From contig CADEGR010000005.1 of the NCBI GenBank assembly GCA_902826935.1, positions 1,256 through 65,255 of the forward strand: a stretch of DNA of 64,000 bases, written 5' to 3'. Shown piece after piece: positions 28,247 through 37,148 of the stretch. The DNA comes from an uncultured Alphaproteobacteria bacterium (GTDB taxonomy: Bacteria; Pseudomonadota; Alphaproteobacteria; Geminicoccales; Geminicoccaceae). Under the pieces are notes generated by a model. It ran no database searches and was not told the origin of the DNA. It was given only the letters and a program-made list of their open reading frames with translations. Within the stretch, counting starts at the first letter, position 1. Each line of letters starts with the position of its first letter. The position numbers were made by a program, and so were the translations under genes.

Positions 28247-29197
28247 ATGACTGCCCGCGACCACGTGCCCGCCAGCCCGACCAGCCCGGAGCCGATCCGC
28301 GGCGTCTGGTGTCCGGCGCTGACCCCTGTGGATGACGAACTGCGGCCCGATCCGGTCCGCTTCGTCGCCCATGCCAGCTGGGTCATGGCCGAAGGTTGCC
28401 ACGGCATCGTGGTGTTCGGCACCACCGGCGAGGCCAGCTCGTTCTCGGTCGAGGAGCGGATCGCCCTTCTGGATGAGGCGCTCGCCGCCGGCCTGCCGCC
28501 CGAGCGCATGCTGATCGGCACCGGCTGCTGCGCCCTGACCGACAGTGTCCGGCTGACCCGCCATGCCCTGGATCAGGGTGTTGCCGGCGTCTTGATGCTG
28601 CCGCCTTTTTACTTCAAGGGCGCAAGTGATGAGGCTCTATTCGCCAGCTACGATCTGATCATCCAGCGCCAGACGCGCAGTGACTTCGGGCTCTATCTCT
28701 ACCATTTCCCGAGGCTGACCGGCGTGCCGATCACGTCCGGCCTGATCGAGCGGGTCCAGGCCGCTTATCCGACGATCCTGAAGGGCGTCAAGGACAGCTC
28801 GGGCGACTGGACCAACACTGCCACGCTTCTCCAGCGCTGTCCGGACCTCGCCGTCTTCCCCGGCGCCGAGAGCCTGCTGCTGCCGGGGTTGGAGCAGGGC
28901 GGGGCCGGCTGCATCAGCGCGTCCTGCAACGTCAACGCCAGGGCCATTCGGCGGCTCTATGACGGTTTTGCCGCCGGTGCCGGCGATCTGGCGACGCAGC
29001 AGCAAGCCATCGCGGCGAGGCGCGAGCTGTTGCAGCTGGCACCCCAGATCGCGGTCATGAAGCAGATGATCGCCGATCAGCGGGGCGATCCGGGCTGGCG
29101 CCGGGTCCGGCCGCCGCTCCTGCCGCTGGCGGCCGCCGATGCTGCCAAGCTGGAGCACGGCCTCGCGGCGATGGATTTTCGCCTGACGCTTGCCTGA
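28247..29197 (+). CDS. dihydrodipicolinate synthase (DapA/NAL) family class I aldolase
   Basis: GVWCPALTP....GCHGIVVFGTTGEASSFSVEER...LMLPPFYFK...GVKDSSGD (Schiff-base Lys context). Confidence 0.85.
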   Translation: MTARDHVPASPTSPEPIRGVWCPALTPVDDELRPDPVRFVAHASWVMAEGCHGIVVFGTTGEASSFSVEERIALLDEALAAGLPPERMLIGTGCCALTDSVRLTRHALDQGVAGVLMLPPFYFKGASDEALFASYDLIIQRQTRSDFGLYLYHFPRLTGVPITSGLIERVQAAYPTILKGVKDSSGDWTNTATLLQRCPDLAVFPGAESLLLPGLEQGGAGCISASCNVNARAIRRLYDGFAAGAGDLATQQQAIAARRELLQLAPQIAVMKQMIADQRGDPGWRRVRPPLLPLAAADAAKLEHGLAAMDFRLTLA

Positions 29198-29266
29198 CCT
29201 CGACGCCCCTTACCGCCGCCCGCCGGTCTGGCTACCATCGCCGCCGCGTGCATGAGGAGGCAAGGC

Positions 29267-30124
29267 ATGAGCGACGGGCTGGTCGAGCAAGTCACGGCGC
29301 AGCTGGGCGGCAATGCCGCAGGTGTGCTCGGCAGCGTGCTGGGGGAGCCCGCCGGCAAGGTCGAAACGGCCTTGAGCGCGGCCGTGCCTGCTCTCCTCAC
29401 CGCCTTGATCGAGCAGGCCGAGACGGGTGGCGAGCCGGCTGAACGGCTGGCCGCCGGTCTGGTAGCGCCGCCGACCGAGGTTGATCGTCTGCCCGAGATT
29501 CTGCGCAGTGGCCGGCCACAGCCACTGATCGATGCTGGCACGACTCAATTGCGCCAGATCCTCGGCCAGCCGGCCAGCAACCGTCTGGTCAGCGCAATCG
29601 GCCGGTTCGCCGGCATCGGTGGCGGTTCTGCGCGGGCCTTGCTCGGCCTGTTGACCCCGGTGGCCCTGGCGGCGCTGGCGCGGGCGCAAGGAGCAGCCGA
29701 ACAACCGCCGGACGCTCGCCTGGCGGCGCTGACCGCCCAGCGCGCGCTGATCCAAGATGCACTGCCGCCGGGCCTGGACGAGGCCGCCACTGCCGTCCGC
29801 ACCGGTCCAGCAATCGCCGTGACCGCTCCACTCAGCCGGCCCGCGGCGCCGGTGCCGCCGGCCGCATCGACCGCCCGGCCGGCGCGGCCAGCGCCAGCGG
29901 CGGCGCCAACGCCGGCTCGGCCGCGCCGGCGTTGGTTTGTCTGGCTGCTGGTCATCCTGCTGATCCTGGCCGCTCTGGCCTGGCTTACGCAGCGCTACCA
30001 GCTCTGGCCGATGCTGGGCTTGCCGCCGGTGCCGGGTCTCGACTGGACCAACTCGGCCACGCCTGACACCGCACCCGGTCCATCGAGCGCGCCGGCAAGC
30101 CCGGGCGCCGCGCCTGGCCAGTGA
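29267..30124 (+). CDS. DUF937-like protein with Pro-rich linker and C-terminal TM helix
   Basis: LLGLLTPVALAALAR-type DUF937 repeats, then a Pro/Ala-rich region and WFVWLLVILLILAALAWL. ATG 29267 follows GAGGAGG. Confidence 0.55.
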   Translation: MSDGLVEQVTAQLGGNAAGVLGSVLGEPAGKVETALSAAVPALLTALIEQAETGGEPAERLAAGLVAPPTEVDRLPEILRSGRPQPLIDAGTTQLRQILGQPASNRLVSAIGRFAGIGGGSARALLGLLTPVALAALARAQGAAEQPPDARLAALTAQRALIQDALPPGLDEAATAVRTGPAIAVTAPLSRPAAPVPPAASTARPARPAPAAAPTPARPRRRWFVWLLVILLILAALAWLTQRYQLWPMLGLPPVPGLDWTNSATPDTAPGPSSAPASPGAAPGQ

Positions 30125-30235
30125 CGCCATGGTGGCGCGTGTTCTGCCGTAGCGCCGTCGGCGCGGCGACCGGTGGCGTCAATTGCGGCACGGTTAGCGG
30201 TTTGTTGATGAAATTGTCGGAGGCTGAACGCGGTT

Positions 30236-32665
30236 TTGGCTGGCGGTTCAGTGCGCGTGGCTCAATTTTTCGCTTGTGTGACGGGGCATCACGATCTGCG
30301 ACTGGTGGCGGTCGCGGCCTTGCTCTGCCTCATGGCCATGGCGACGGCGCTCAGTTTTGCCTGGCGCACGCGGCAGCTGACCGGTCGGTTGCGGCTATGG
30401 TGGCTGCTGGCCGCAGGCGGGGTCGGCGGCGGCGGCATCTGGGCCACGCACTTCGTAGCAACGCTGGCCTTTGAGCCCGGCCTGCCGGTTGGCTTTGAGC
30501 CGCTGGCCACCATGCTGTCCTTCCTCCTGGCGGTGCTGGTCGGTGCTGGCACCCTGGCTCTGACGCTGCGCCACCCAACCCTTTGGGGGCTGCTGGTCAG
30601 TGGCGGCCTGTTCGGCGCGGGCCTGGTGGCCATGCATCAGCTTGGCATCACCGGGCTCCAGCTGCAGGCGCGGCTGCACGTCGATGCTGGCAGCATGGCT
30701 TGGGCAGTCCTGGCGGCGAGCATGCTGGGGTCGTTTGGCCTCTATTGCGGCCTGCGGCGGCCTGGCCGGACATGGCTGATGCTGGGCGCGCTCCTGCTGA
30801 CCGGAGCGGTTTGCCTGGGGCATCTGACCGCCATCTCGGGGCTTGAGGTCCTGCCCGATGCCGCCGTTCCGGCGCCGGAGATCATGTTCGCACGGCCCTG
30901 GCTAGCGGCCGGCATCGCATTGGCCGGGATGCTGATCCTCGGCTTCGGCCTGTTCGGCTCGATCATGGACGAGCGGCTCGCCCAGCTGCGGCGGGACCAG
31001 GCGGCGCGGCTGCAAACCTTGGTCAATGCCACCATCGAAGCGTTGGCGATCCATGTCGATGGCCGGATCGTCGACGCCAATGGCCAGCTTGGCCAGCTGG
31101 TCGGCCGCCCGATCGATCAGCTGATCGGTCAGAACGTGCTCGACCTGCTGGCGCCGGATGATCGGGCCGGGGCCGAGGAGCATGTCGGCAGCCAGGCGCC
31201 AGCCCACTACGAAGCCACCCTCCACCATGCCGACGGCCATGGCGTGCCGGTCGAGATCTTTGGTCGGCCCATCGAATACTTCGGACGCGCGGGCCGGGTC
31301 ATGGCGATCCGCGACATCAGCGAGCGCCGCCGTGCCGAGCGGCAGCTGCGCCACGTCAAGGACCATGACGGTTTGACCGGGCTGCCCAACCGCCTCTTGT
31401 TCCTTGACCGCCTTGGCCTGGCCATGGCGCGCGCCCGGCGGCATCACGAGGCGGTCGCGGTCATTGTGCTGGACGTCCACCGCTTCCGCGAGATCAACGA
31501 GCTGTATGGCCATGTCGCCGGCGACGCGCTGCTGCGCGAGCTGGCGCGGCGGCTGCAGTCGGTGACCCGGGCCATGGATACCGCGGCGCGCCTCGCCAGC
31601 GACCAGTTCGGCGTGATCCAGCTGGGCGCGCCGCAGCCCGAGGCGGTGGGTGAGCTGGCCCGCCGATTGTTGGCAGCGCTGACTGGCCAGGCCGACGTCG
31701 AGAGCCAGCCGGTCGAGGTCGCGATCAATCTCGGCATTGCGGTCTTTCCTGGCGAGGCCGACGACATCGAGACGCTGCTGCAGCATGCCGATCTCGCGCT
31801 GGTTCAGGCCAAGGCGGCTGGCAAGAACACCTTCCGCATGTTCGAATCCAGCATGGATAGCCGGCTGCGCGTGCGCCGGGCCCTGGAGCAGGATTTGCGC
31901 CGCGCGATCGCGGAGGGTGCATTGGAGCTGCACTATCAGCCGCAGCTCGAGACCACGACCGGCGCCTTGGCCGGGTTCGAGGCGCTGGTGCGCTGGCGCC
32001 ATCCAGAGCGCGGCATGATCCCGCCCAGCGAGTTCATTCCGCTGGCCGAGGCTGATGGTCTGATTCTACCGCTCGGCGCCTGGGTGCTGCGCACGGCCTG
32101 CGCCGCCGCCGCCGATTGGCCGACGACGGTCCGGCTGGGCGTCAATCTCAGTCCCGTGCAGTTCCAGGAAGGCGACATCGTGGCCGTGGTCGCCGAGGTG
32201 CTCGAGGCGACCGGCTTGCCAGCCCACCGGCTGGAGCTGGAGATCACCGAGACCGTGCTGATCGCCGATCAGCAGCGCGCCCAGGCCGTGCTCGAGGCGA
32301 TCAAGGCGCTGGGCGTGCGCCTGGCCCTGGACGATTTTGGCACGGGCTACTCCTCGCTCAGCCATCTGCGCGCCTTCCCGTTCAATACCATCAAGATCGA
32401 CCGGTCCTTCGTCCAGAATCTCGCGAGCCCCGATGCCGGAGCGATCGTCCAGGCGGTGATCGGGCTGGGGCAGAGCCTGGGCGTGACGGTGATTGCCGAG
32501 GGCGTCGAGACCGAGGCCGAGCTGGCTTTCCTGCGCGCCGCCGGCTGTCACGAGGTCCAAGGCTACCTGCTTGGCCGGCCAATGCCGGCTGACCAGATGC
32601 GCAGCCTGGTGGAAGCGACCGCGCATGGCAGCCACGCCGACGGCCGAGCCGCCCCGGCGGCCTGA
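30236..32665 (+). CDS. MHYT-PAS-GGDEF(degenerate)-EAL signalling protein (likely c-di-GMP phosphodiesterase)
   Basis: N-terminal MHYT-type TM repeats ([14 protein letters not shown].., [20 protein letters not shown]). PAS domain. The GGDEF site reads ASDQF. EAL motifs are intact ([28 protein letters not shown]). The start is TTG 30236 or GTG 30251. Confidence 0.9.
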   Translation: MAGGSVRVAQFFACVTGHHDLRLVAVAALLCLMAMATALSFAWRTRQLTGRLRLWWLLAAGGVGGGGIWATHFVATLAFEPGLPVGFEPLATMLSFLLAVLVGAGTLALTLRHPTLWGLLVSGGLFGAGLVAMHQLGITGLQLQARLHVDAGSMAWAVLAASMLGSFGLYCGLRRPGRTWLMLGALLLTGAVCLGHLTAISGLEVLPDAAVPAPEIMFARPWLAAGIALAGMLILGFGLFGSIMDERLAQLRRDQAARLQTLVNATIEALAIHVDGRIVDANGQLGQLVGRPIDQLIGQNVLDLLAPDDRAGAEEHVGSQAPAHYEATLHHADGHGVPVEIFGRPIEYFGRAGRVMAIRDISERRRAERQLRHVKDHDGLTGLPNRLLFLDRLGLAMARARRHHEAVAVIVLDVHRFREINELYGHVAGDALLRELARRLQSVTRAMDTAARLASDQFGVIQLGAPQPEAVGELARRLLAALTGQADVESQPVEVAINLGIAVFPGEADDIETLLQHADLALVQAKAAGKNTFRMFESSMDSRLRVRRALEQDLRRAIAEGALELHYQPQLETTTGALAGFEALVRWRHPERGMIPPSEFIPLAEADGLILPLGAWVLRTACAAAADWPTTVRLGVNLSPVQFQEGDIVAVVAEVLEATGLPAHRLELEITETVLIADQQRAQAVLEAIKALGVRLALDDFGTGYSSLSHLRAFPFNTIKIDRSFVQNLASPDAGAIVQAVIGLGQSLGVTVIAEGVETEAELAFLRAAGCHEVQGYLLGRPMPADQMRSLVEATAHGSHADGRAAPAA

Positions 32666-32923
32666 CCAGCCGCATGGAGCCGGCGGCCCTGGGTCGTCGG
32701 CTTGCCGCCCTGAGGGCGGTGAGTTGGCCGGGCTGCCAGGGATGTCAGCAATTGCACGCCCACGGCCGCATGTTGGAGCAGTAGTCGGCGGCCGACCTGC
32801 GATTCTCTGCGCGGGGCGCACCGCCGTCATGCGGTCACGGCACCGGTCGGATGGTGGGCGCGGCGCCCCGTGGCGCCGAATGCGCTTGCTTCAGCATTGC
32901 CGCCAAGCGCATGATCTTGGCCC

Positions 32924-33787
32924 ATGTTTGGCCGATGCCCGAATGCTGCGTCCGTTTCGCCCGGTTGGCGCCGTTGGCGCTGGCTGCTGTTCGGCGGGCT
33001 GCTGGCGATCGGCGGCTTCAGTGCCGCCGATCCAGTCGCGGCCGAAGACGCGCCGCCATCTGAGCCGGTCGCTGCCTTGGCCGATGATGATGCCCTGTTC
33101 GTCCTGGGCAACACCCTGTTCGTGCTCTACCACGAGATCGGCCACGCGCTGATCGATGAGCTCGATCTGCCCGTGCTGGGCCGCGAGGAAGATGCCGCCG
33201 ACGGCTTTGCCGCAATGATGATGATCGCCGAGCAGCCGGACCCGCTGCGCGATCGCCTGATGATTGCCGCGGCTGATGGCTGGGCGCTGGTCGCGCGTGC
33301 GTCGATCGATGGCGAGGTGCCGCTTTGGGGTGAGCATGCGCTCAATCGGCAACGCTTTTTTGGCGCCATCTGCATGCTGGTAGGCAGCGATCCGCCAGGC
33401 TTTGCCGACTACGCCATGGCGGCCGGCATGCCAGCCGAGCGCATCGAGACCTGTCCCGACGACTATCGCCGCATGAAGGCTGGGTGGGTCCGGCTGCTGG
33501 CACCTCATCGGGTTGCCAATAGCCAGCCCGACGCGCTGCAGGTGACGTTCGAGCCGCCGGCCGCCGAGGATGCGGGCCTTGATCAACTGGCGCAAAGCCA
33601 CGCGATCATCGAGCATGCGGTTGCCGCGCTGCGCCCGTTGGTCGATCTGCCCCGAGATCTGCAGATCAGTTTTCGCAGCTGTCCCAACGCCGCCGCCTAC
33701 TGGCACCGGGAGGCGGCCCGCATCGTGGTCTGCTACCAGCTCCTTGCTGAGTTCGAGAACCTGCTGCTGGCCGGCCGTCGACTTTAG
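32924..33787 (+). CDS. secreted putative metallopeptidase (DUF4344-like, HExxH)
   Basis: Signal peptide, then LYHEIGHALIDELDLPVLGREEDAADGFAAMMMI. Confidence 0.7.
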   Translation: MFGRCPNAASVSPGWRRWRWLLFGGLLAIGGFSAADPVAAEDAPPSEPVAALADDDALFVLGNTLFVLYHEIGHALIDELDLPVLGREEDAADGFAAMMMIAEQPDPLRDRLMIAAADGWALVARASIDGEVPLWGEHALNRQRFFGAICMLVGSDPPGFADYAMAAGMPAERIETCPDDYRRMKAGWVRLLAPHRVANSQPDALQVTFEPPAAEDAGLDQLAQSHAIIEHAVAALRPLVDLPRDLQISFRSCPNAAAYWHREAARIVVCYQLLAEFENLLLAGRRL

Positions 33788-33876
33788 TTCCTGATCGCCG
33801 CCGGGCCGCCCAGCCAAGCTCGGGGCCGGCGCTCAGCCCTGACCGCTAGCGCGGGCACCGAGCCAAATCCGAGGCC

Positions 33877-34512
33877 TTACGAATCCTGCTGGCTGCGGCG
33901 GAAGGCGGCAACGAAGCGGCGGGCCTGCAGATCGATCGTCGAGAGCGGCAGGTCGCCCTGGAACAAGGCGCTGCCGAGGCCGAAGCCGTTGGCGCCGGCC
34001 GCGAGGTAGGGCGCCATGGTCTCAGGGGTGATGCCCCCGACCGGCAGCAGCCAGCATTCGGGCGGCAGGACGGCGCGCCAGGCCTTGACCACCGGCGGCG
34101 GCAGCGCCTCGGCGGGAAACAGCTTGAGCGCATCGGCGCCCGCCTCGAGCGCCGCGAACGCCTCGGTCGGCGTCGCCACGCCCGGCACGCAGGCAAGGCC
34201 GAGATGGTCGGCCTGACGGATCAAGCTGAGATTGGCATGGGGCATCACGATCAGCCGGCCGCCGGCCGCGGCGACCTGACTGAGCGCGCCGGCCGTGAGC
34301 ACCGTGCCGGCACCGACCAAGGCCTCGGCGTCGAACTGCTTGGCCAGCCGTTCGATGCTGGCCAGCGGCTCGGGTGAGTTGAGCGGCACTTCGAGCGCGC
34401 GGAAGCCGGCTGCCAGCAGCAGCTCGCCGACCGGCAGCGCTCGCTCCGGCCGCAGGCCGCGCAGGATCGCGATCAACGGCAGCTCGGCAAGGGCCTTGCG
34501 CAGCACGCTCAT
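33877..34512 (-). CDS. dgoA: 2-dehydro-3-deoxy-6-phosphogalactonate (KDPGal)/KDPG aldolase
   Basis: LPLIAILRGLRPE...LEVPLNSP...GAGTVL...PGVATPTEAF..GADALKLFPA. ATGA overlap with dgoK. Confidence 0.8.
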   Translation of the reverse strand: MSVLRKALAELPLIAILRGLRPERALPVGELLLAAGFRALEVPLNSPEPLASIERLAKQFDAEALVGAGTVLTAGALSQVAAAGGRLIVMPHANLSLIRQADHLGLACVPGVATPTEAFAALEAGADALKLFPAEALPPPVVKAWRAVLPPECWLLPVGGITPETMAPYLAAGANGFGLGSALFQGDLPLSTIDLQARRFVAAFRRSQQDS

Positions 34513-35438
34513 GCTAGCAGCCCGGCCGCGCGCGCGATGAGCACCTGGCCATGGGCACCGCAATCCTCGGGCCCGATCCGCGCCGAGAGGCCGAGGGCGC
34601 TGAGCGCCTCGGCATAGCGTTCGGCCAGGCTGGTGGCGCCCAAAAGCAGGACGCCGGCGGCACGTTCGGCCGGCGTCAGCTGGGCGGTCGCCTCAAGCAC
34701 CTCGCGGCCGATTAGGAGCCCGGACAAATAGCTGGCCAGGCCGTGGCTGGGCAGGCGCTCGAACAGGCCGAGCGTGCGCACGCTGAACAGCTGCGCCGAC
34801 AGGCCGCCGCGGCCACTGCGTGCATAGCTCAGGCCAGCGGCAAAGGCGGCTGGCTCATGGTCCTCGCCAGTCATCAGCCGCCCCAGGATCGAATGCTGCC
34901 GCAGCACTGCATAGAGCTCACCGGTCAGATAGGTTTGGAAGCGGCAGATCCGGCCTTCGGCGACCTGGACCCATTTGCTGTGGGTGCCGGGCAGCACCAG
35001 CCAGCCCGCCGGTGCCGCCAGGGCCAAAGCCCCCATGATCTGGGTCTCCTCGCCGCGCAACACGTCGGGCGCCTGGTCGGTGGCGGCCGGGCCAGGGTCG
35101 TACGCCAGGCCGGGCACGAAATGCAGGTCGGCCTCGGCCGGATGGCGCACGAGCCGCTGCGCGATCTCGGCTGGCGTCGTCGGCACCGGGCAGTAGGGCG
35201 CTTCGAGCCAGCCCTGGCGACTGCCGATCATGCCCGACAGCAGCACCGGCAAGCCGGGCTCCAGCCAGGCGCCGATCTGGCGCTGCAGCATGCCTGCGAA
35301 ATCGCCGTCCACGACCGTCATGATGCCGGCAGGGGCCGCATGGCGCTCGAGGATCGTGCCGGCTTTGCCGATCCGGTAGGCGCGCAGGGCGCTGGTCCCC
35401 CAGTCGACCCCGATCAGCGCGGTCTGCTCCGCCATCAT
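34509..35438 (-). CDS. dgoK: 2-dehydro-3-deoxygalactonokinase
   Basis: LIGVDWGTSALRAY...LSGMIGSRQGWLEAPYCPVP...LPGTHSKW. Confidence 0.85.
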   Translation of the reverse strand: MMAEQTALIGVDWGTSALRAYRIGKAGTILERHAAPAGIMTVVDGDFAGMLQRQIGAWLEPGLPVLLSGMIGSRQGWLEAPYCPVPTTPAEIAQRLVRHPAEADLHFVPGLAYDPGPAATDQAPDVLRGEETQIMGALALAAPAGWLVLPGTHSKWVQVAEGRICRFQTYLTGELYAVLRQHSILGRLMTGEDHEPAAFAAGLSYARSGRGGLSAQLFSVRTLGLFERLPSHGLASYLSGLLIGREVLEATAQLTPAERAAGVLLLGATSLAERYAEALSALGLSARIGPEDCGAHGQVLIARAAGLLA

Positions 35439-35464
35439 CCGATTTCCTTGCGCCGCCGCCGCTC

Positions 35465-35809
35465 GTGTCTAGCATAGGCCGGACAGCGGAGCATCATGGC
35501 ATGGAGGCGGCCTTGGGACTGCTTGATACCTTGCGCGGCTGGTTCGGCGGCAGCGATGACGGAGGCCGGCCGGCGGCCGATCCGATCGAGCATGCCGGCT
35601 TCATGATCGAGCCGGCGCCGCAACGTACCGCCAGCGGCTGGAACACCGCCGGGGTCATCAGCAAGATCTTCCCCGACGGGCGCAAGGAGCATCGCTTCAT
35701 CCGCGTCGACAGCCACAGCAGCCGCGACGACGCCATCGCGTTCTCGATCGTGAAAGCGCGCCAGATCATCGACGAGCAGGGTGACCGGCTGTTCCATGAC
35801 CGGCGCTGA
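35465..35809 (+). CDS. small conserved protein, HlyU-like (alphaproteobacterial type)
   Basis: 114 aa. The C-terminal ...RDDAIAFSIVKARQIIDEQGDRLF resembles proteins annotated as HlyU family in Rhizobiales. This is recognition only. Confidence 0.45.
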   Translation: MSSIGRTAEHHGMEAALGLLDTLRGWFGGSDDGGRPAADPIEHAGFMIEPAPQRTASGWNTAGVISKIFPDGRKEHRFIRVDSHSSRDDAIAFSIVKARQIIDEQGDRLFHDRR

Positions 35810-36395
35810 GACCGCTTGCCCCAATCTTCTGCCACAGGACGGCGTGCTTCTGCTGCACCAGGCGGCATTGACGCCAGCCGACGCGACCGCACTCTGCCAC
35901 GAGCTCCAGGGGCAGCTCGACTGGCGTCAGGAGACGTTGACGATCATGGGGCGGCCGGTCAGCGCACCCCGGCTGACGGCCTGGTATGGCGATCATGCTT
36001 ATCGCTATAGCGGCTTGTGCCATGCGCCGAGGCCCATGCCGGCCAGCCTCTGCGTCGCCAAGGCGGTTGCCGAGCGACTGGCGGGCCAAGCCTTCAACAG
36101 CGTGCTCGCCAACCTCTATCGCGACGGGCAGGACAGCATGGGCTGGCATGCCGATAACGAGCGTAGCCTCGGTCCCGAGCCGGTGATCGCCAGCCTCTCG
36201 CTGGGCGCCCCACGGCGGTTCCAGCTCAAGCATCGGCGAGAGCCGAGTTTGCGCCTTGATCTCGTCTTGCCCGCCGGCAGCTGCCTGATCATGGCTGGAC
36301 CGATCCAGCATCACTGGCTGCATCAGCTGCCCAAGACCAGCCGCCCGATCGGTGCCCGGATCAATCTCACCTTTCGTCGCATCATCCCAAGCTGA
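35796..36395 (+). CDS. alkB: Fe(II)/2-oxoglutarate-dependent dioxygenase AlkB (alkylated DNA repair)
   Basis: LANLYRDGQDSMGWHADNE...LSLGAPRRFQLKH...RINLTFRRI (HxD...H, RxxxxxR). It overlaps the upstream gene by 14 nt. Confidence 0.85.
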   Translation: MTGAETACPNLLPQDGVLLLHQAALTPADATALCHELQGQLDWRQETLTIMGRPVSAPRLTAWYGDHAYRYSGLCHAPRPMPASLCVAKAVAERLAGQAFNSVLANLYRDGQDSMGWHADNERSLGPEPVIASLSLGAPRRFQLKHRREPSLRLDLVLPAGSCLIMAGPIQHHWLHQLPKTSRPIGARINLTFRRIIPS

Positions 36396-36486
36396 CGGCC
36401 GCACGTCGCGATGCGGCCGTCGATGAAACGCGTTTCAGCTTGGGGTTTCGCCGCCGGCCAAGCTCGCCGATGGGAAGCTCACGACC

Positions 36487-37011
36487 TTAGTTGCTGCTGC
36501 CGCTCGAGCCGCCGCCGCCCGAACCGTTGCTGCCCGAGTCTCCTTGGCTGCCGCTGGCGCCACCGCTGCTGCCGCTAGACCCACTACCTTCGCTATTGGT
36601 CGACGCACCACCGTTGCCAGAGGAATCTTCGCTGTTGTTGCCGTCGCTCGGGGCGTCGGTGCCGCTGCCGGTCGCATTGCTGCTATTGCCGACGGCGTTG
36701 TTGCTGCCGCCCGTGTCGGTGTTCGTGTCGCTGTTGCTGCCCTCGAGGCTGTTGTCGCCGCTCGAGTCGACTGAGGTCGCCACGTTGTGACCGTTGGCCA
36801 TCTCGTAGTTGACGGTGACCTTCTGTCCGACCCCCAGATCACTGAGCTCGCTGGCGCCCTGCACGGTGAAGGTGGCGCCGGAATCCAGGGTGATGGTGTT
36901 GGTGGCCGGATCGATCTTGGAGATGGTGCCGTCCATCACCTCGCCGGCATGAGCAGCGCTCGCCACCATCAGAGCACCCAAGGCGCCCAAGCTCGCAGTC
37001 CAAGCTCGCAT
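36487..37011 (-). CDS. secreted DUF1344-like protein with long Ser/Gly/Asn/Asp low-complexity tail
   Basis: Signal peptide MRAWTASLGALGALMVASAAHA. GTISKIDPATNTITLDSGATFTV...VGQKVTVNYE. Then ~110 aa of S/G/N/D-rich sequence. ATG 37011 follows GAGGAA. Confidence 0.65.
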   Translation of the reverse strand: MRAWTASLGALGALMVASAAHAGEVMDGTISKIDPATNTITLDSGATFTVQGASELSDLGVGQKVTVNYEMANGHNVATSVDSSGDNSLEGSNSDTNTDTGGSNNAVGNSSNATGSGTDAPSDGNNSEDSSGNGGASTNSEGSGSSGSSGGASGSQGDSGSNGSGGGGSSGSSN

Positions 37012-37148
37012 GATCGATTCCTCGTGGTTGTCGTTGAGGCATCCATGCGGGATGCTTAGCCTTCCAACAGTGCCCAAACGGGTCGGTTCCCGCGGCCGCC
37101 GGCTGGCTGGGGCGCGGCGCGAGCAGCTGAAGGGGATCACGAGCGGTG

